64,000 nt of DNA from an uncultured Candidatus Saccharibacteria bacterium (GCA_964597145.1 CAZQWH010000001.1:102441-166440); one strand, 5' to 3'. Shown: positions 1 through 10,492, numbered from the stretch's first letter. Translations and numbers: made by a program. Notes: a model not told the origin generated them from the letters alone.

Positions 1-122
1 CTGGCCTTCGGCTCTGAGGCTCAGGTCATGACTATGAAGCTTGTCGAATAGCTCGAAGAGAGCGCAAGCAAATGGATCTGTAACAGCCTCGAGGTAACAC
101 CCGGGGCTGTTGTGGTTTTACC

Positions 123-162
123 AGTAGGCAAGTAGGCAAGTAGGCAAGTAGGCGAGTAGGCG
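123..162. repeat. Tandem 8-mer repeat (AGTAGGCR)x5
   Basis: agtaggca x3 followed by agtaggcg x2. Confidence 0.9.
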
Positions 163-287
163 AGATAGCTAGATTGCAAGAGTGACTTCGCTCCTCATTC
201 CCCACCCTACCTCCCCGCCACTTCCGCCATTAGACTTGCAGGCTGAAGCTCTGAATCTGCAACGCTTGCGTCGCGCGGGCAGGTGAT

Positions 288-318
288 GAAGCCACGGGCT
301 TTAACCTGTGGAGAGTCA
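288..318. mobile_element. Isolated IS200/IS605-like terminal hairpin remnant
   Basis: gaagccacgggctttaacctgtggagagtca resembles the subterminal hairpin of IS200/IS605 ends; no tnpA/tnpB adjacent. Confidence 0.45.
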
Positions 319-334
319 TTTCCGCCCACACCCT

Positions 335-473
335 GTCATTCCTGCGCCGCAGGCTCTGAGCAGAGTCGAAGAGGGGGCGGGAATCTAAACGCTTGGATTT
401 ACTGGGCGAGTTTCTGGAGACTTAGTTTAAGTAATTTTGAGTATCCGTCATTGCGAGCAAAGCGCGGCAATCT
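335..473. repeat. GTCAT...ATCT-type REP-like palindromic units
   Basis: gtcattcctgcg...gcgggaatct and gtcattgcgagc...gcggcaatct; relatives at 35591, 36122, 42274, 59251-59552. Confidence 0.7.
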
Positions 474-562
474 TGGTTGTTCTCTGTTGCAATACTCGGC
501 GGAATAGTTTTTGTCTATCTTATGCTTACTGTATACTCTTCTCTGTTATAATTCACTCCATA

Positions 563-1204
563 ATGACTGATTTACTCCAAAACCACCTTACCCAAATTGC
601 CCGGCAGCAAATTCCAGATAACGATCCTGCTCACGATATCCACCACACATTGCGCGTTTTAGCTAATGCGCTCAACATTGCCGCCGCCGAAAATGCCGAC
701 TTAGATGTTATAGTGCCCGCGGCGCTATTTCATGATGTCATAACCTATCCTAAAAATGATCCACGTTCCACCCATGCCCAAGAGGAAAGTGCCCAGGTTG
801 CGCGACAAATTCTCAAAAAAATCGATGCGTTTCCCTCAGCCAAGATCGAGCTGGTGATGGAAGCAATTCGACTATGCTCGTTCTCAAAGGGAATTACCCC
901 CGACCACCTAGAAGCCAAGGTGCTACAAGACGCCGATGGTTTGGAAGCAACTGGGGCCATATCTATCATGCGGACCTATGCTTCGACTGGGCAAATGTCT
1001 AGACCTTTTTACCATCCGCAAGACCCCTTCGCTCAGCATCGGGATGTTGACGCTAAATCGTATGCGTTAGATCTATTTTACGAGCGATTGCTAAAAGTAG
1101 AAGAGCGGATGCACACAAAATCGGCTAGAGCCATTGCTCGTCGCCGCACCAAATTCCTCCACCAATTTTTGGATGAGTTTAAGGTAGAACTCGAAGGAAA
1201 ATAA
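563..1204 (+). CDS. HD-domain phosphohydrolase (YedJ-like)
   Basis: AHDIHHTLRV, AALFHDV and QDADGLEATGA motifs; ATG 10 nt after a TATAAT at 547. Confidence 0.88.
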   Translation: MTDLLQNHLTQIARQQIPDNDPAHDIHHTLRVLANALNIAAAENADLDVIVPAALFHDVITYPKNDPRSTHAQEESAQVARQILKKIDAFPSAKIELVMEAIRLCSFSKGITPDHLEAKVLQDADGLEATGAISIMRTYASTGQMSRPFYHPQDPFAQHRDVDAKSYALDLFYERLLKVEERMHTKSARAIARRRTKFLHQFLDEFKVELEGK

Positions 1205-1287
1205 ACTACCAAGTCGTATGCCCTAGGCAGCATGAGTGGCATAAGTAAGCCAGGTTGGTTTGTTACGGAGATATATAATAAAATAAT

Positions 1288-1866
1288 ATGCGTTTAATTA
1301 CCCTATTTGACGGCCGTAGCCGTCGAGAAATAATAGCAACCGGGTTATTGGTGGTGGCAACCTTGTGGGCACTACGGTTCGACTACACCTACTCCATGTT
1401 GCCTTATAATGTAAAGGCTGGCGATACTTTAGAGACTATTTTAGACCAGCACCTGTTCCATAACCCGGTAATTGCCAATGCCAGCATCGATTATATTAGC
1501 GCGACCCAATCGGCATACGATGTTGACTATGTCATGAAGAACATAGGCCGTGAAGGCGGATATAGGATTGAGGTGTGGTTTAATCAACTTTCTATTTATG
1601 GGCCTAATAACGCTATGGTGGTGCGCTCTAATCTACTAGTCTCATCAGTCTTATTGAATCATTTACTTCAGGTAGCAGTACATAATCTAGTTGTCATCGT
1701 ACTTGCCGGATGGGCCTGGCTTGTGCTCAAAGAGTATGACTTCCGGCTTAATACAACGTGGAGGCGGGAAGTAATGTGGCCGAGCGTGGCGCTTATTATA
1801 TTAGCTCCTGTGTTGTTCATCGTAGTTGTATATACGTTACTGATTATCGTAACTTCAGTGCTATAG
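1288..1866 (+). CDS. Hypothetical membrane protein
   Basis: 192-aa ORF with 3 hydrophobic segments. Confidence 0.65.
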   Translation: MRLITLFDGRSRREIIATGLLVVATLWALRFDYTYSMLPYNVKAGDTLETILDQHLFHNPVIANASIDYISATQSAYDVDYVMKNIGREGGYRIEVWFNQLSIYGPNNAMVVRSNLLVSSVLLNHLLQVAVHNLVVIVLAGWAWLVLKEYDFRLNTTWRREVMWPSVALIILAPVLFIVVVYTLLIIVTSVL

Positions 1867-1879
1867 AAAGGTTCATAAT

Positions 1880-2110
1880 ATGCCAAGTGTTGGAAGCTTT
1901 GCGCCTCGAGCAGTCAATGTCGAGCTTTTTGAATATCGCTACACGATTTTGGTGGGGTACATTCTGTTTGTCCTATTTGTGCTTAGCTTGTATCGGGGAT
2001 ATCGGACCAGGCAACGGATGTGGTTTGTGTCGGCCGCTTTGTTGGGCTTGGGAGGGCTGAGTCTGTTTTTGCTTAATCTGTATTTATTAGGCGTTCCAGT
2101 AATTGGTTAA
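1880..2110 (+). CDS. Small membrane protein
   Basis: 76 aa, two hydrophobic helices, follows previous gene closely. Confidence 0.5.
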   Translation: MPSVGSFAPRAVNVELFEYRYTILVGYILFVLFVLSLYRGYRTRQRMWFVSAALLGLGGLSLFLLNLYLLGVPVIG

Positions 2111-2154
2111 GGTAATTGGTCTGGCGAATACTCCGCCAGACCAATTCGTTAATC

Positions 2155-2454
2155 CTAAAATGGATCAAGGTCAATACCAAATTTGGCTTTAACCAAAGCC
2201 GCCACTCGCTCCTGCTCTGCAGGGGCAAAGTCTTCCAGTGCCTGGGTCCACCACAACGTGCGATGGGAATCATCGGTGAACACCAAGCAGACCCAGTCAC
2301 TCCGACCGTTGTCTGACTGGTACACCTTAACCCCATCCACCACAACCTCGTACGGGGCCACCAAACGCAAACCGTGGCTTGGTTGGATCCGCACCTGTGG
2401 GGTGCCTGCTGTCGGCGACAGAGCTATTGGATGCAACGCCGTTATTGGTACCAT
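2155..2454 (-). CDS. Hypothetical protein
   Basis: 99-aa ORF with AAAGGA RBS upstream. Confidence 0.6.
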   Translation of the reverse strand: MVPITALHPIALSPTAGTPQVRIQPSHGLRLVAPYEVVVDGVKVYQSDNGRSDWVCLVFTDDSHRTLWWTQALEDFAPAEQERVAALVKAKFGIDLDPF

Positions 2455-2580
2455 CTACTCGTTCCTTTCCTAATGGCCTCTCGGGGGTATTAAACACAAT
2501 AATCGTTGCCGTTAGCCCGATAATTATGCCACTTTAACCCGCATTCGTCAATACCTAGTTGCCATTATGTTGTTGGAAAA

Positions 2581-2626
2581 TGTCTGAGTTAATAACGATT
2601 AATTATATAATTAATTATATAATTAA
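2581..2626 (+). other. Box + double-palindrome element, copy 1
   Basis: tctGAGttaat then aattatataatt aattatataatt starting 15 bp after the first G of GAG. Confidence 0.75.
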
Positions 2627-2762
2627 ATTTATCCTATACCATAGCCATCCAGGGCCAATAGGATTGTCAGGATGCTGCCTCCTACCAATACACAACAAGC
2701 TAATCCATTTAGCGATATAATAACCTCACGAAAAGTATTCGAATTTCATTGGCGAGAACCTC

Positions 2763-3413
2763 ATGCAAAGCAGCACGCTACAAGATTTACATATCTGGTT
2801 TAAGAAATTGGCAGAATTACCCAGCCTGCCCGCCGTTCACAATATATATTCTGCCAAATCCAACAATGGCATTATTCGACTACATAACCTCAAGCGATAT
2901 TTTGAGGTTATGTTGCCACACCAGCCCCAAGTTCTATTAGTAGGCGAAGCACCCGGCTATCAGGGAACCTACCGCACCGGTGTGCCATTTTGCAGCGAAT
3001 CAATTCCACTTGGTCCTCCTAATCAATTTAACTTATTTGGCGGAGAGGCGAATGGATTCCATCGGGTTTACCATGGGGACAAAGTATGGAAAGAGCCTAG
3101 CGCCACCATTGTCCAGCGAACGTTAGACGAAATTAAAAAGCCAATACTCATTTGGTCTACCTTCCCTCTGCATCCACATCAACCAGGCATCGAATTATCC
3201 AATCGAGCGCCTAATCTCCAAGAGATAACACTGGGCAGTCAGCTACTCCAAGAACTCTTAACTATTCTTCAGCCGCCACAAATAGTGGCAGTGGGTAATA
3301 TCGCGCACAAATGTTTAACCTCAATCGGCATCAAAACCGCCAAAGTTCGACACCCTTCACACGGCGGAGCAACCCAATTTCGTCAACAACTACTTCAGCT
3401 AGTAGCCGAGTAA
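2763..3413 (+). CDS. Uracil-DNA glycosylase superfamily protein
   Basis: LVGEAPGYQG, SNRAP and VRHPSHGG motifs. Confidence 0.88.
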   Translation: MQSSTLQDLHIWFKKLAELPSLPAVHNIYSAKSNNGIIRLHNLKRYFEVMLPHQPQVLLVGEAPGYQGTYRTGVPFCSESIPLGPPNQFNLFGGEANGFHRVYHGDKVWKEPSATIVQRTLDEIKKPILIWSTFPLHPHQPGIELSNRAPNLQEITLGSQLLQELLTILQPPQIVAVGNIAHKCLTSIGIKTAKVRHPSHGGATQFRQQLLQLVAE

Positions 3414-3440
3414 ACCTTGACCAACCCTTGCTCGCCTCGT

Positions 3441-4350
3441 TTAACCTCAAAGGTTAAATACCTTTGAACCTAGGTTGCTTGATTCAGTTTCCATCCTGTT
3501 ATACAGGCTTAAATCACCCAACGCATCCTCATTAGCTTCAAGTAACAAGTGTTGATCTGCTTTTAGTCTCCTCTGATAGTCGGCTCTATCTAGGATGAAC
3601 TGCTTGTACGATTCAGTGTTGTGGGAAAACGAATCAAGAATCGGATCTAAAATAGTAAAGCTATTGTCGCGAAGCTTGAGATATTCAGGCAAAGATGACC
3701 AAGGATAACTCCACAACTCGTCTATAGTTGAAACCGCATGCGACGTGTAGGGATTTAAATGAATATATCTTGATACATGGGTAAGCTGCGTAGCTGTTTC
3801 GATTCTGACAGATTTAAATCTAGTATGGAATAAGGTGCCAGAGCAGCTATGCTTGGCATTATAGTAACGAGTAAAGCTATTTTGAAATTGGCTTAGAAAA
3901 GTAGAAATTCCATTGCTAGTATTTTGCTGTAGGAGCAGGTGAAAATGGTTAGGCATTAAACAGTAGGCCAGAATACCCACCATTGGCTTATTTTGGTTCT
4001 GACCTGCAATCACAAGATGCCGATCTTGTGCATTCATCACTAAAAAGCGAGATAGGCTAACAGTGTTGTTAAAAAGATAATAGTGCAATGCTTCAACGGC
4101 TCGACGGTACTCAGTTGAATTTGTAAACGTCGGCTGGTGATTTTGCCCTCGATTAAAGACATGATATATCTGTCCGTTTACAAGCGGTTGTCGTTTTTGC
4201 ATATGCCTCCAGTGAATCTGAGCAGAATATATGAATTGTTGCAGGTATACGCTACTCTCAGAATCTTGTCAATCTTAACTTCTTCAGGCAACCTAGGTCC
4301 AAAGCTATATCACCTTTGAGGTTAAATGACTTTGAACCTAGGTTACCTGA
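3441..4350. mobile_element. RAYT locus flanked by 42-bp imperfect inverted repeats (REP-like, AACCTAGGTT core)
   Basis: 3441-3482 matches the reverse complement of 4284-4325 at 37/42 positions; 4284-4350 is itself a long hairpin. Confidence 0.75.
3447..4202 (-). CDS. REP-associated tyrosine transposase (RAYT, Y1/HUH family)
   Basis: YHVFNRG, YCLMPNHFHLL (HUH), RYIHLNP and YPWSS motifs. Confidence 0.9.
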   Translation of the reverse strand: MQKRQPLVNGQIYHVFNRGQNHQPTFTNSTEYRRAVEALHYYLFNNTVSLSRFLVMNAQDRHLVIAGQNQNKPMVGILAYCLMPNHFHLLLQQNTSNGISTFLSQFQNSFTRYYNAKHSCSGTLFHTRFKSVRIETATQLTHVSRYIHLNPYTSHAVSTIDELWSYPWSSLPEYLKLRDNSFTILDPILDSFSHNTESYKQFILDRADYQRRLKADQHLLLEANEDALGDLSLYNRMETESSNLGSKVFNL

Positions 4351-4566
4351 TATATGTGATAGCACTTAATGATCGAAAATCAAAACGGTAAACGTCAAGT
4401 ATGTCTAGTGCAGCTAAAAATGAGGGGGTAGTGGGGATGAGGGTTTACACCTAAGCGATATGAGAGGCGGCTATTAATTGAATAATCAAAGATGGTAAAT
4501 AGCAGAGATTGCCGTACGAAGCTCTTATGCTGGTTAAATCTACAGCCCCTCTAGAAATGAAAAGAA

Positions 4567-5064
4567 TTAGTCCAGGGTTGGACGATGATGAGCAGTTGCC
4601 AGAAGCTCGTCTAAATCGAGTGGCTTAGTATACATTTCTGGCTTACCATTGGCTTTGCGTGGCCAATCTTCTTTAGGGCGATCCCAGTAGAGCTCTAAGC
4701 CGTTGCCATCTGGGTCTTCTAAGTAAATAGCCTCACTCACTCCATGGTCAGCCGCTCCCGTAATAGGATAGTTGTGCTTTGTCAGTCGCTCGAAGGCCCG
4801 GGCTAACTCTTTACGAGTTGGATACAAAATCGCCGCGTGATAAAGACCAGTATGTCCCTTAGGTGGACGCCCCATCTGACTTTCCCAGGTATTAAGGCCA
4901 ATGTGATGATGATACCCACCCGCCGACAAAAAGGCTGCATGGCCAAAGTCATCCACCACTTCAAAGCCCAACACATCTTGATAAAACTGAATCGATTTAG
5001 CTACATCGGAGACTTTTAAATGAACATGGCCAATTTTAGTTTCGGGATGAAGTGGCTCCGCCAT
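4567..5064 (-). CDS. VOC/glyoxalase family protein (CatE-like)
   Basis: IGHVHLKV, GGYHHHIGLNTW, DHGVSEAIYLEDPDGNGLELY. Confidence 0.9.
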   Translation of the reverse strand: MAEPLHPETKIGHVHLKVSDVAKSIQFYQDVLGFEVVDDFGHAAFLSAGGYHHHIGLNTWESQMGRPPKGHTGLYHAAILYPTRKELARAFERLTKHNYPITGAADHGVSEAIYLEDPDGNGLELYWDRPKEDWPRKANGKPEMYTKPLDLDELLATAHHRPTLD

Positions 5065-5068
5065 AGCC

Positions 5069-5800
5069 TTACTCCTCCAGAAATTTAAGACCAGTAAACG
5101 ACTTGGCTAGTAAGATAAATTCCGCATCGTGCTCGGCCGAATAGCTATAAGTAACTACTAAATTTGGTTCCTGTTTCGTAGGGTTATTTCCAGGTTGGAA
5201 AGGAGAAGCGAAGAATGCCATGTACGCATCTGATCCACAGTCAGAGGTCATGACTACTGGCTTGCTGCCAAAAGTATAAGATTTATCTACCGTTTGTCCA
5301 CAACCTATAAGCTCGAATGGGTACCCCACTACCACAATCTCCTGTCCATTAGCGGATAAGGCCAGACGCTCGTATTGGCGAGTATTGGCTTGATCGTAGG
5401 GATGGCGGACAAACTCTTCTTGCAGTTGCCAGTCGGCGGGGTACTTAAAAGAATATGCGCCATCTTTTTGGGTGTAGGTTTTCCACCCAGCTGTTGGGTC
5501 GGGTGTGGGGGTTGGCGTTGGATTTGGTGTTGGGGTTAAACTAGGAACGGGCGTTGGGGTTGGCGTGGTTGTAACAACTGCTTGGCCCGACGTAGGTTTA
5601 GAAGCCGGCGAGGTGCCATTTTGGTTGGCTAAAATGTAACCACCAACACCTCCGGCCACCAGGGCTATTCCGATTACAACCACCGCAATCAAACCAAACC
5701 GGTTTATGGAGAATGCTAGTTTCGGTGCGGTTTGCGCCTGCACCGGTGGTGGCGTTTCATCTAATTGAGGTGCGTTGGTTGGGTTAGTAGTATCAGGCAT
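5069..5800 (-). CDS. Membrane-anchored surface protein with Thr-Pro linker and PsbP-like C-terminal domain
   Basis: Single TM helix, (TP)n linker, WKTY...YSFKYPADW motif. Confidence 0.75.
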   Translation of the reverse strand: MPDTTNPTNAPQLDETPPPVQAQTAPKLAFSINRFGLIAVVVIGIALVAGGVGGYILANQNGTSPASKPTSGQAVVTTTPTPTPVPSLTPTPNPTPTPTPDPTAGWKTYTQKDGAYSFKYPADWQLQEEFVRHPYDQANTRQYERLALSANGQEIVVVGYPFELIGCGQTVDKSYTFGSKPVVMTSDCGSDAYMAFFASPFQPGNNPTKQEPNLVVTYSYSAEHDAEFILLAKSFTGLKFLEE

Positions 5801-5918
5801 ACATTTAATATAAAGTAATTGTTACACAGCTATCTGGTATGATGCAAGTGCAGTACAACAATCTTGCGGTATTATCTGAGGTAAGCTTGGTTAAACGAGT
5901 ATGCCTAAGTTAATTATT

Positions 5919-6284
5919 CTACGCAGAAATTCTGGCTATACTCGAATCGAGGGCTTCTAGAATACTTTCATCAGAGGTAGCTATAATTACATTCGGCAGA
6001 GTAAAGAAATGAGCGGAATCTTTCCCACTGACAATCACAACCTTATTTAACCCCATAGCCATGCCAGCTTCATACCTGGCGCTTTCTTGAACCTCTTCCC
6101 ACAAATAGACCAATGCATCGCAGTTTCGAATAGCCTCTTTTTCGTCGTAAGCCTTTTTAACCATGTCAGAAGTATCATGTATTTTGGCTACCCAGTCATA
6201 AGTGATAGTATGACCGGCGTCTTTGAGTTGTTTTATTATCGTGCCTGCTCGATCAAGATCTTTCCCTGCAACGTAAACTTTCAT
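5919..6284 (-). CDS. Nucleoside 2-deoxyribosyltransferase-like protein
   Basis: MKVYVAG, AIRNCDALVYL, ARYEAGMAMGLNKVVIV; leaderless start. Confidence 0.7.
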   Translation of the reverse strand: MKVYVAGKDLDRAGTIIKQLKDAGHTITYDWVAKIHDTSDMVKKAYDEKEAIRNCDALVYLWEEVQESARYEAGMAMGLNKVVIVSGKDSAHFFTLPNVIIATSDESILEALDSSIARISA

Positions 6285-6581
6285 ACCTGCAATATAGCAT
6301 GCGTAGTTCATTATTAGAAGGTTCTAAGTGCCAAAAACTCCCGTTATCGCCCCCCCCATCCGTCTCTGACACGAGGCAATTTTGTAGCGATTCTGGCCCA
6401 GTCAAGAAGACTGCCTGTCTACTTGCGCCGTATGACAGAGAGACAATTTAGGTGATGTTCAGTTAGATCACCTCGCTAGGGCCCGCGATGACGGTTTTAA
6501 GTAGTTTGTTTCCAATTTCGAATTTCGAGTTTTCGCCTTTAACCTGTAGTTTTGAGTTTTACCCTGTTATATAATTAATGA

Positions 6582-6968
6582 ATGGAGTTAACTATACCCA
6601 CCAGTCGCAAGCGCCAAGTAATAGATGTTACCGAAACAGTAGAGCAACAATTACCTCAGCAAAATGGGATAGCAATCGTATTTGTGACCCACACCACTGC
6701 CGCTATCACCACAGCCGATTTAGACCCCGGCACCGACCAAGACTTTTTAGATTTCTTAGCCGCAATTACCCCAGACCTTAATTGGCGACATCCGCATAAC
6801 CCAGATCATGCCCCAGATCATTTACTTGCCTCGATCATTGGATCAAGTCTGACGTTGCCATTCCACCACGGACGGCTGCAGTTAGGCACATGGCAGCGAA
6901 TAGTTTTAGTTGAGTTCGACGGCCCACGCCAGCGGCAGATACTAGTCCAAGTCACACCAACATCATAG
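6582..6968 (+). CDS. yjbQ: YjbQ family (secondary thiamine-phosphate synthase) protein
   Basis: HTTAAI and LQLGTWQRIVLVEFDGPR. Confidence 0.9.
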   Translation: MELTIPTSRKRQVIDVTETVEQQLPQQNGIAIVFVTHTTAAITTADLDPGTDQDFLDFLAAITPDLNWRHPHNPDHAPDHLLASIIGSSLTLPFHHGRLQLGTWQRIVLVEFDGPRQRQILVQVTPTS

Positions 6969-6971
6969 CCT

Positions 6972-7646
6972 ATGCTCAAATTAATCTTAATTGATTTTGA
7001 TGATACCTTAGTCCAAACCGAAGCAGCCTGCTTCGAGCTGGAAAATGATATCGCTATTCGTTTGGGCCACTCGCCTATGACCCGGGAGGCGCATAAGCGC
7101 AATTGGGGTGTAGCATTACGTCCAGCTATTTTGGAGCGGATTCCAGGGATCGATGTAGACAAATTCCTCAAGCTACACCAACAATTACTCCCCAAATACG
7201 TGACAGTAGGTAAATTTGACGAAGTGACCGAAGAAAATTTACAGGCTTTACAAGCAGTACGCCAGTCAGGGTATAAAGTGGCAATTTTAACTTCTCGCAC
7301 CTTGGCAGAAACCGAACATTTAGTTCATGCGTCACATCCTTTATCCAACTATATAGATGGGTTCTACCATGGTGATAATTTAGAAGTAGCCAAACCCGAC
7401 CCTAAAGTATTTCGCTTACCCTTGCATCATTTTAAGGTCGAACCTCATCAAGCAGTGTACATTGGTGACGCTCGCAAGGATGGCGAGTGCGCTAAAGCCG
7501 CTGGTTTGCACTTCATTGCTACCCTGGAAAGCGGCCTACTGAGCCAGCAAGATTTCCAGCATATTCCTGTAGACAGTTTTATCAATCATTTTTCCCGCTT
7601 GCCTCAAGCAATTGCCTCATTAGAGCAGACGCTCAAATCGGACTAA
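6972..7646 (+). CDS. HAD-family hydrolase
   Basis: DFDDTLV motif I, KPDP, YIGDARKD. Confidence 0.9.
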   Translation: MLKLILIDFDDTLVQTEAACFELENDIAIRLGHSPMTREAHKRNWGVALRPAILERIPGIDVDKFLKLHQQLLPKYVTVGKFDEVTEENLQALQAVRQSGYKVAILTSRTLAETEHLVHASHPLSNYIDGFYHGDNLEVAKPDPKVFRLPLHHFKVEPHQAVYIGDARKDGECAKAAGLHFIATLESGLLSQQDFQHIPVDSFINHFSRLPQAIASLEQTLKSD

Positions 7647-8231
7647 TTCCTCTATCCTATTAATAAATAGGCAATCTCCAACTCGTCAGCTAAATTGCTG
7701 GCCGATGTACCTAGCTAGATCTGTGGCTAAAATTGTCACTCGTAGCTAGCTTACATAACCACCAGTCTCTACGGTATTGATTTTGCCATCCATTGGGAGT
7801 AATATCCAAAGCTTGGAATATGCAGTTCCACAGCAAGGAGAAAGTCAATGCCACTTCACCTATTAAACTGGGGGAAGCACGATGAGGCTCCAATCGACTC
7901 GCCAACCCACTTCAAAATGGCCGACTTTGGACTGTCCTCGCGGCCAATGAGGCGGAATGTGATACCTGAGGGCCAATTGCTAGGTATCAATGACTTGCCT
8001 CGATGCAGCACCAGGTCGCAATGTCAGCTTGCCTCACAAGCCCGTCGGGCAATTAAGCGTGTTCGAGATTGCAATATGCTCTACACGCTTGAAGAGCAGG
8101 AATTTATTCAGTAGTCACTCCTCATGGCTATACTCGCCAGGCAGCACCTAAATGCTGCCTGTTTTTGTAACGGAATAGTAGAGCAACCCTTAATCGTCCT
8201 CGTTGATTTTTATTCAATTAACCGAACATCT

Positions 8232-8609
8232 CTACATTGCATCAGCATCAAAGGGCGATACAATTTGAAAATAATTTCCATCAGGGTCGGTCAGAGTCCC
8301 AATATAGTATTTTTTGTCTTCATCCATAGCCTCCGGTTCCTTTACCACCGAAGCGCCTTCAATAGCTTTCACTCGCTCAAACTCGGCTGGTACATCCCTA
8401 GCTTCAAAGTTAAACATAATTCGCTCTGGATTAGGGCTTTGACCGCTAACTTTATCGTGTGGACCAACGGTTAAATAACAGCTGCCAGCTGGTAAGGTGG
8501 AGTAGCCATCCTGTTCCATAACCGGTTCTTTCTCAATCACTTGCTGATAAAACTTTGCCAGACGTTGTGGGTTATCAGAAAAAAGCAGAATAGAGTTAAA
8601 ATTAAGCAT
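8232..8609 (-). CDS. VOC family protein
   Basis: LAKFYQQV and TLTDPDGNYFQI; GGAGG RBS. Confidence 0.85.
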   Translation of the reverse strand: MLNFNSILLFSDNPQRLAKFYQQVIEKEPVMEQDGYSTLPAGSCYLTVGPHDKVSGQSPNPERIMFNFEARDVPAEFERVKAIEGASVVKEPEAMDEDKKYYIGTLTDPDGNYFQIVSPFDADAM

Positions 8610-8750
8610 AGAATTCCTCCGAGATGATATCAAAATTGTATGCCTTTAGATTGTTTCTAACAACAAGCAATTTTGCAAATAGCTTGACGCTGGGGCCAGA
8701 AAAGCGTATATAAAGGTACAACTTACTCTCAGTAAGGAAGGAGCAGGACA

Positions 8751-9035
8751 ATGAACAATAACCACCGGCTAATCGGAACTATATTTATTTTCCCCAATAG
8801 CCGCTGTGCAACCACCATTGTGGGCTATAATGCCGAACCCGATCACTACCAATTGCGGATGGATGGTCAGCGCGAAGATTGCTGGATTTCGCGAGAGGAG
8901 TTCGAGGAGGCCTTTGCTGCAGGAGCAATTACCCTAGCTTTCCCAGTCTGGGCACCATTCACTCGGCCGCCGGGATCCAAACTTGGTGGCTTGGCGCTTC
9001 CATCACGAGTAGCCAGCTGGCCCGCCTCGTGCTAA
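8751..9035 (+). CDS. Hypothetical protein (ORFan)
   Basis: Strong AAGGAG RBS; TTGACG-17-TATATA promoter near 8684. Confidence 0.6.
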   Translation: MNNNHRLIGTIFIFPNSRCATTIVGYNAEPDHYQLRMDGQREDCWISREEFEEAFAAGAITLAFPVWAPFTRPPGSKLGGLALPSRVASWPASC

Positions 9036-9136
9036 AAAGGAAAATTAACGCCTTGGCTAAACACTCATCAGGCGGCCCTATTTATTATAGAGCCGCCCAT
9101 TTATATTCCTTGAGGTCTTAGGCTAGGAGAGCAGGC

Positions 9137-9451
9137 ATGGCCAAACGAGTATCAGCGGATGTTGCAACCTCATTTGAAGATCTAGGCAAGGTGCGAATTC
9201 GCCGGCTTATGGTGGTGCGAACCGACGGTAAATGTATGATCTCATTTACTCTGTTGCGCAACCGTTCCAACATACCTGCGGTAGGGAATCGCCGGGAGTG
9301 GAATGAGGTGTGCACTCTGGACGGGGAGGAGCTACCTATGACGCCTGACCCCTACGGTTATACTGGCTGGCGGATCGACTATGCATTGAGCCCCGAAGAA
9401 CTAGATCGGTTGGTGTGTGCATATCACTTTCCGCTCAAAGGTGCTCGCTGA
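9137..9451 (+). CDS. Hypothetical protein (ORFan)
   Basis: AGGAG RBS; hairpin follows at 9472-9507. Confidence 0.6.
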   Translation: MAKRVSADVATSFEDLGKVRIRRLMVVRTDGKCMISFTLLRNRSNIPAVGNRREWNEVCTLDGEELPMTPDPYGYTGWRIDYALSPEELDRLVCAYHFPLKGAR

Positions 9452-9519
9452 AGGTTGCCGTTGTTGACTACAACACCCCATTTGCCGTCGTGCAGGTGGG
9501 GTGTTTGGTTATGGGGGAC

Positions 9520-9730
9520 GTATCTCGTATATCAGTTTTTAGTTTTTAGATTTTGATTTGGTATTGGTGATTTCGAACTTGTGATTTGTTTCGACTTCGT
9601 CGAACGGCAGGCACGGATTTCGGATTTCGTACTTCGTATTTCACTCATCGCATCCCGAATTCCGCTCGCTTCGCCATAGCGAAAGCGAGGTGAGCATCCC
9701 GCATCCCTTTTCCGTATCCTGTATCCTAAT
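9520..9730. repeat. Degenerate heptamer-repeat / palindrome cluster
   Basis: gatttcg/tttcgta and gcatccc units; similar to 27880-27956 and to the reverse complement of 35782-35875. Confidence 0.65.
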
Positions 9731-9734
9731 ACCT

Positions 9735-10427
9735 ATGCAGTACATTCTATATAGCATCCTCCAGCTAGGTGTATTGTATTGGCTAGCCAATCAGCTACAG
9801 CGCCAATTAATGCAACTGTTCTACCGTTTGCTCAAAACGCCCCACCATGTAGCCTGGGCCATGAATCTCTTATTCTGGCCAGGAGTATTAGTCCATGAGT
9901 TATCTCATTTGCTTGTTGGTAGATTAGTATTAGTCAAAACCCGTGGGCTAACTATAGTGCCAAAATTAATGCCGAACAACACTGTCCAAATGGGTAGCGT
10001 GCAAGTTCCATCCACCGATCGGCTACGCTTCTTTATAATTGGCGTGGCACCAATTTTTGTTGGCCTCGGCATAATTTTTGGGTTGCTTTGGCTGGCAGAG
10101 CAGCAGCAACTGTGGGGTTATTGGGGGTGGTGGCTAGCAGTAGGTTACGCCATTTTTCAAATTGCCAATAATATGTTTTTAAGTTCCAGCGATCTCCGCG
10201 GTGCACTTACCTTAGGTATAGTAATAGTTTTGAGTGTGGGGCTGTTAAGATGGATGGGCGTCGGGTTGTCGGCTGGCTGGATTGAACCCTGGTTGGCGCA
10301 ACACCAAGCTATTCTAGCCCAGGTCCAACGCTGGCTGTGGGTGCCAATCATAATTGATACCTTTATCCTACTGTTATTTGGATTAAGCCGCTGGTTGCTG
10401 CACAGTCTAAGCCGTCACGGCGTGTAA
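9735..10427 (+). CDS. Membrane metalloprotease-like protein (M50B-like)
   Basis: PGVLVHELSH, multiple TM helices, FLSSSD. Confidence 0.75.
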   Translation: MQYILYSILQLGVLYWLANQLQRQLMQLFYRLLKTPHHVAWAMNLLFWPGVLVHELSHLLVGRLVLVKTRGLTIVPKLMPNNTVQMGSVQVPSTDRLRFFIIGVAPIFVGLGIIFGLLWLAEQQQLWGYWGWWLAVGYAIFQIANNMFLSSSDLRGALTLGIVIVLSVGLLRWMGVGLSAGWIEPWLAQHQAILAQVQRWLWVPIIIDTFILLLFGLSRWLLHSLSRHGV

Positions 10428-10492
10428 ATCATAGAGCCTTAGCCAAAGCCAAGTATAAAAAATATAGGAGGAGATAAACAATATAAGGTAAA

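Noticed and set aside
283-562. ORF 283-507 and the N-terminal extension of ORF 437-1204
   Set aside because: They run through REP palindromes; the real HD gene starts at 563. Likewise ORFs in 35591-36186 and 59056-59325 are repeat-derived.
5871-5916. Possible extra box element (tatctGAGgtaa); also a box-like match at 42530-42545 on the minus strand
   Set aside because: No 11-2-11 palindrome at +15, so not counted as copies.
7711-8118. Possible stop-codon-recoded gene or pseudogene on the minus strand
   Set aside because: The frame has two TAA and two TGA stops, both codons terminate real genes here, and no family is recognisable. The ~450-bp gap stays unexplained.
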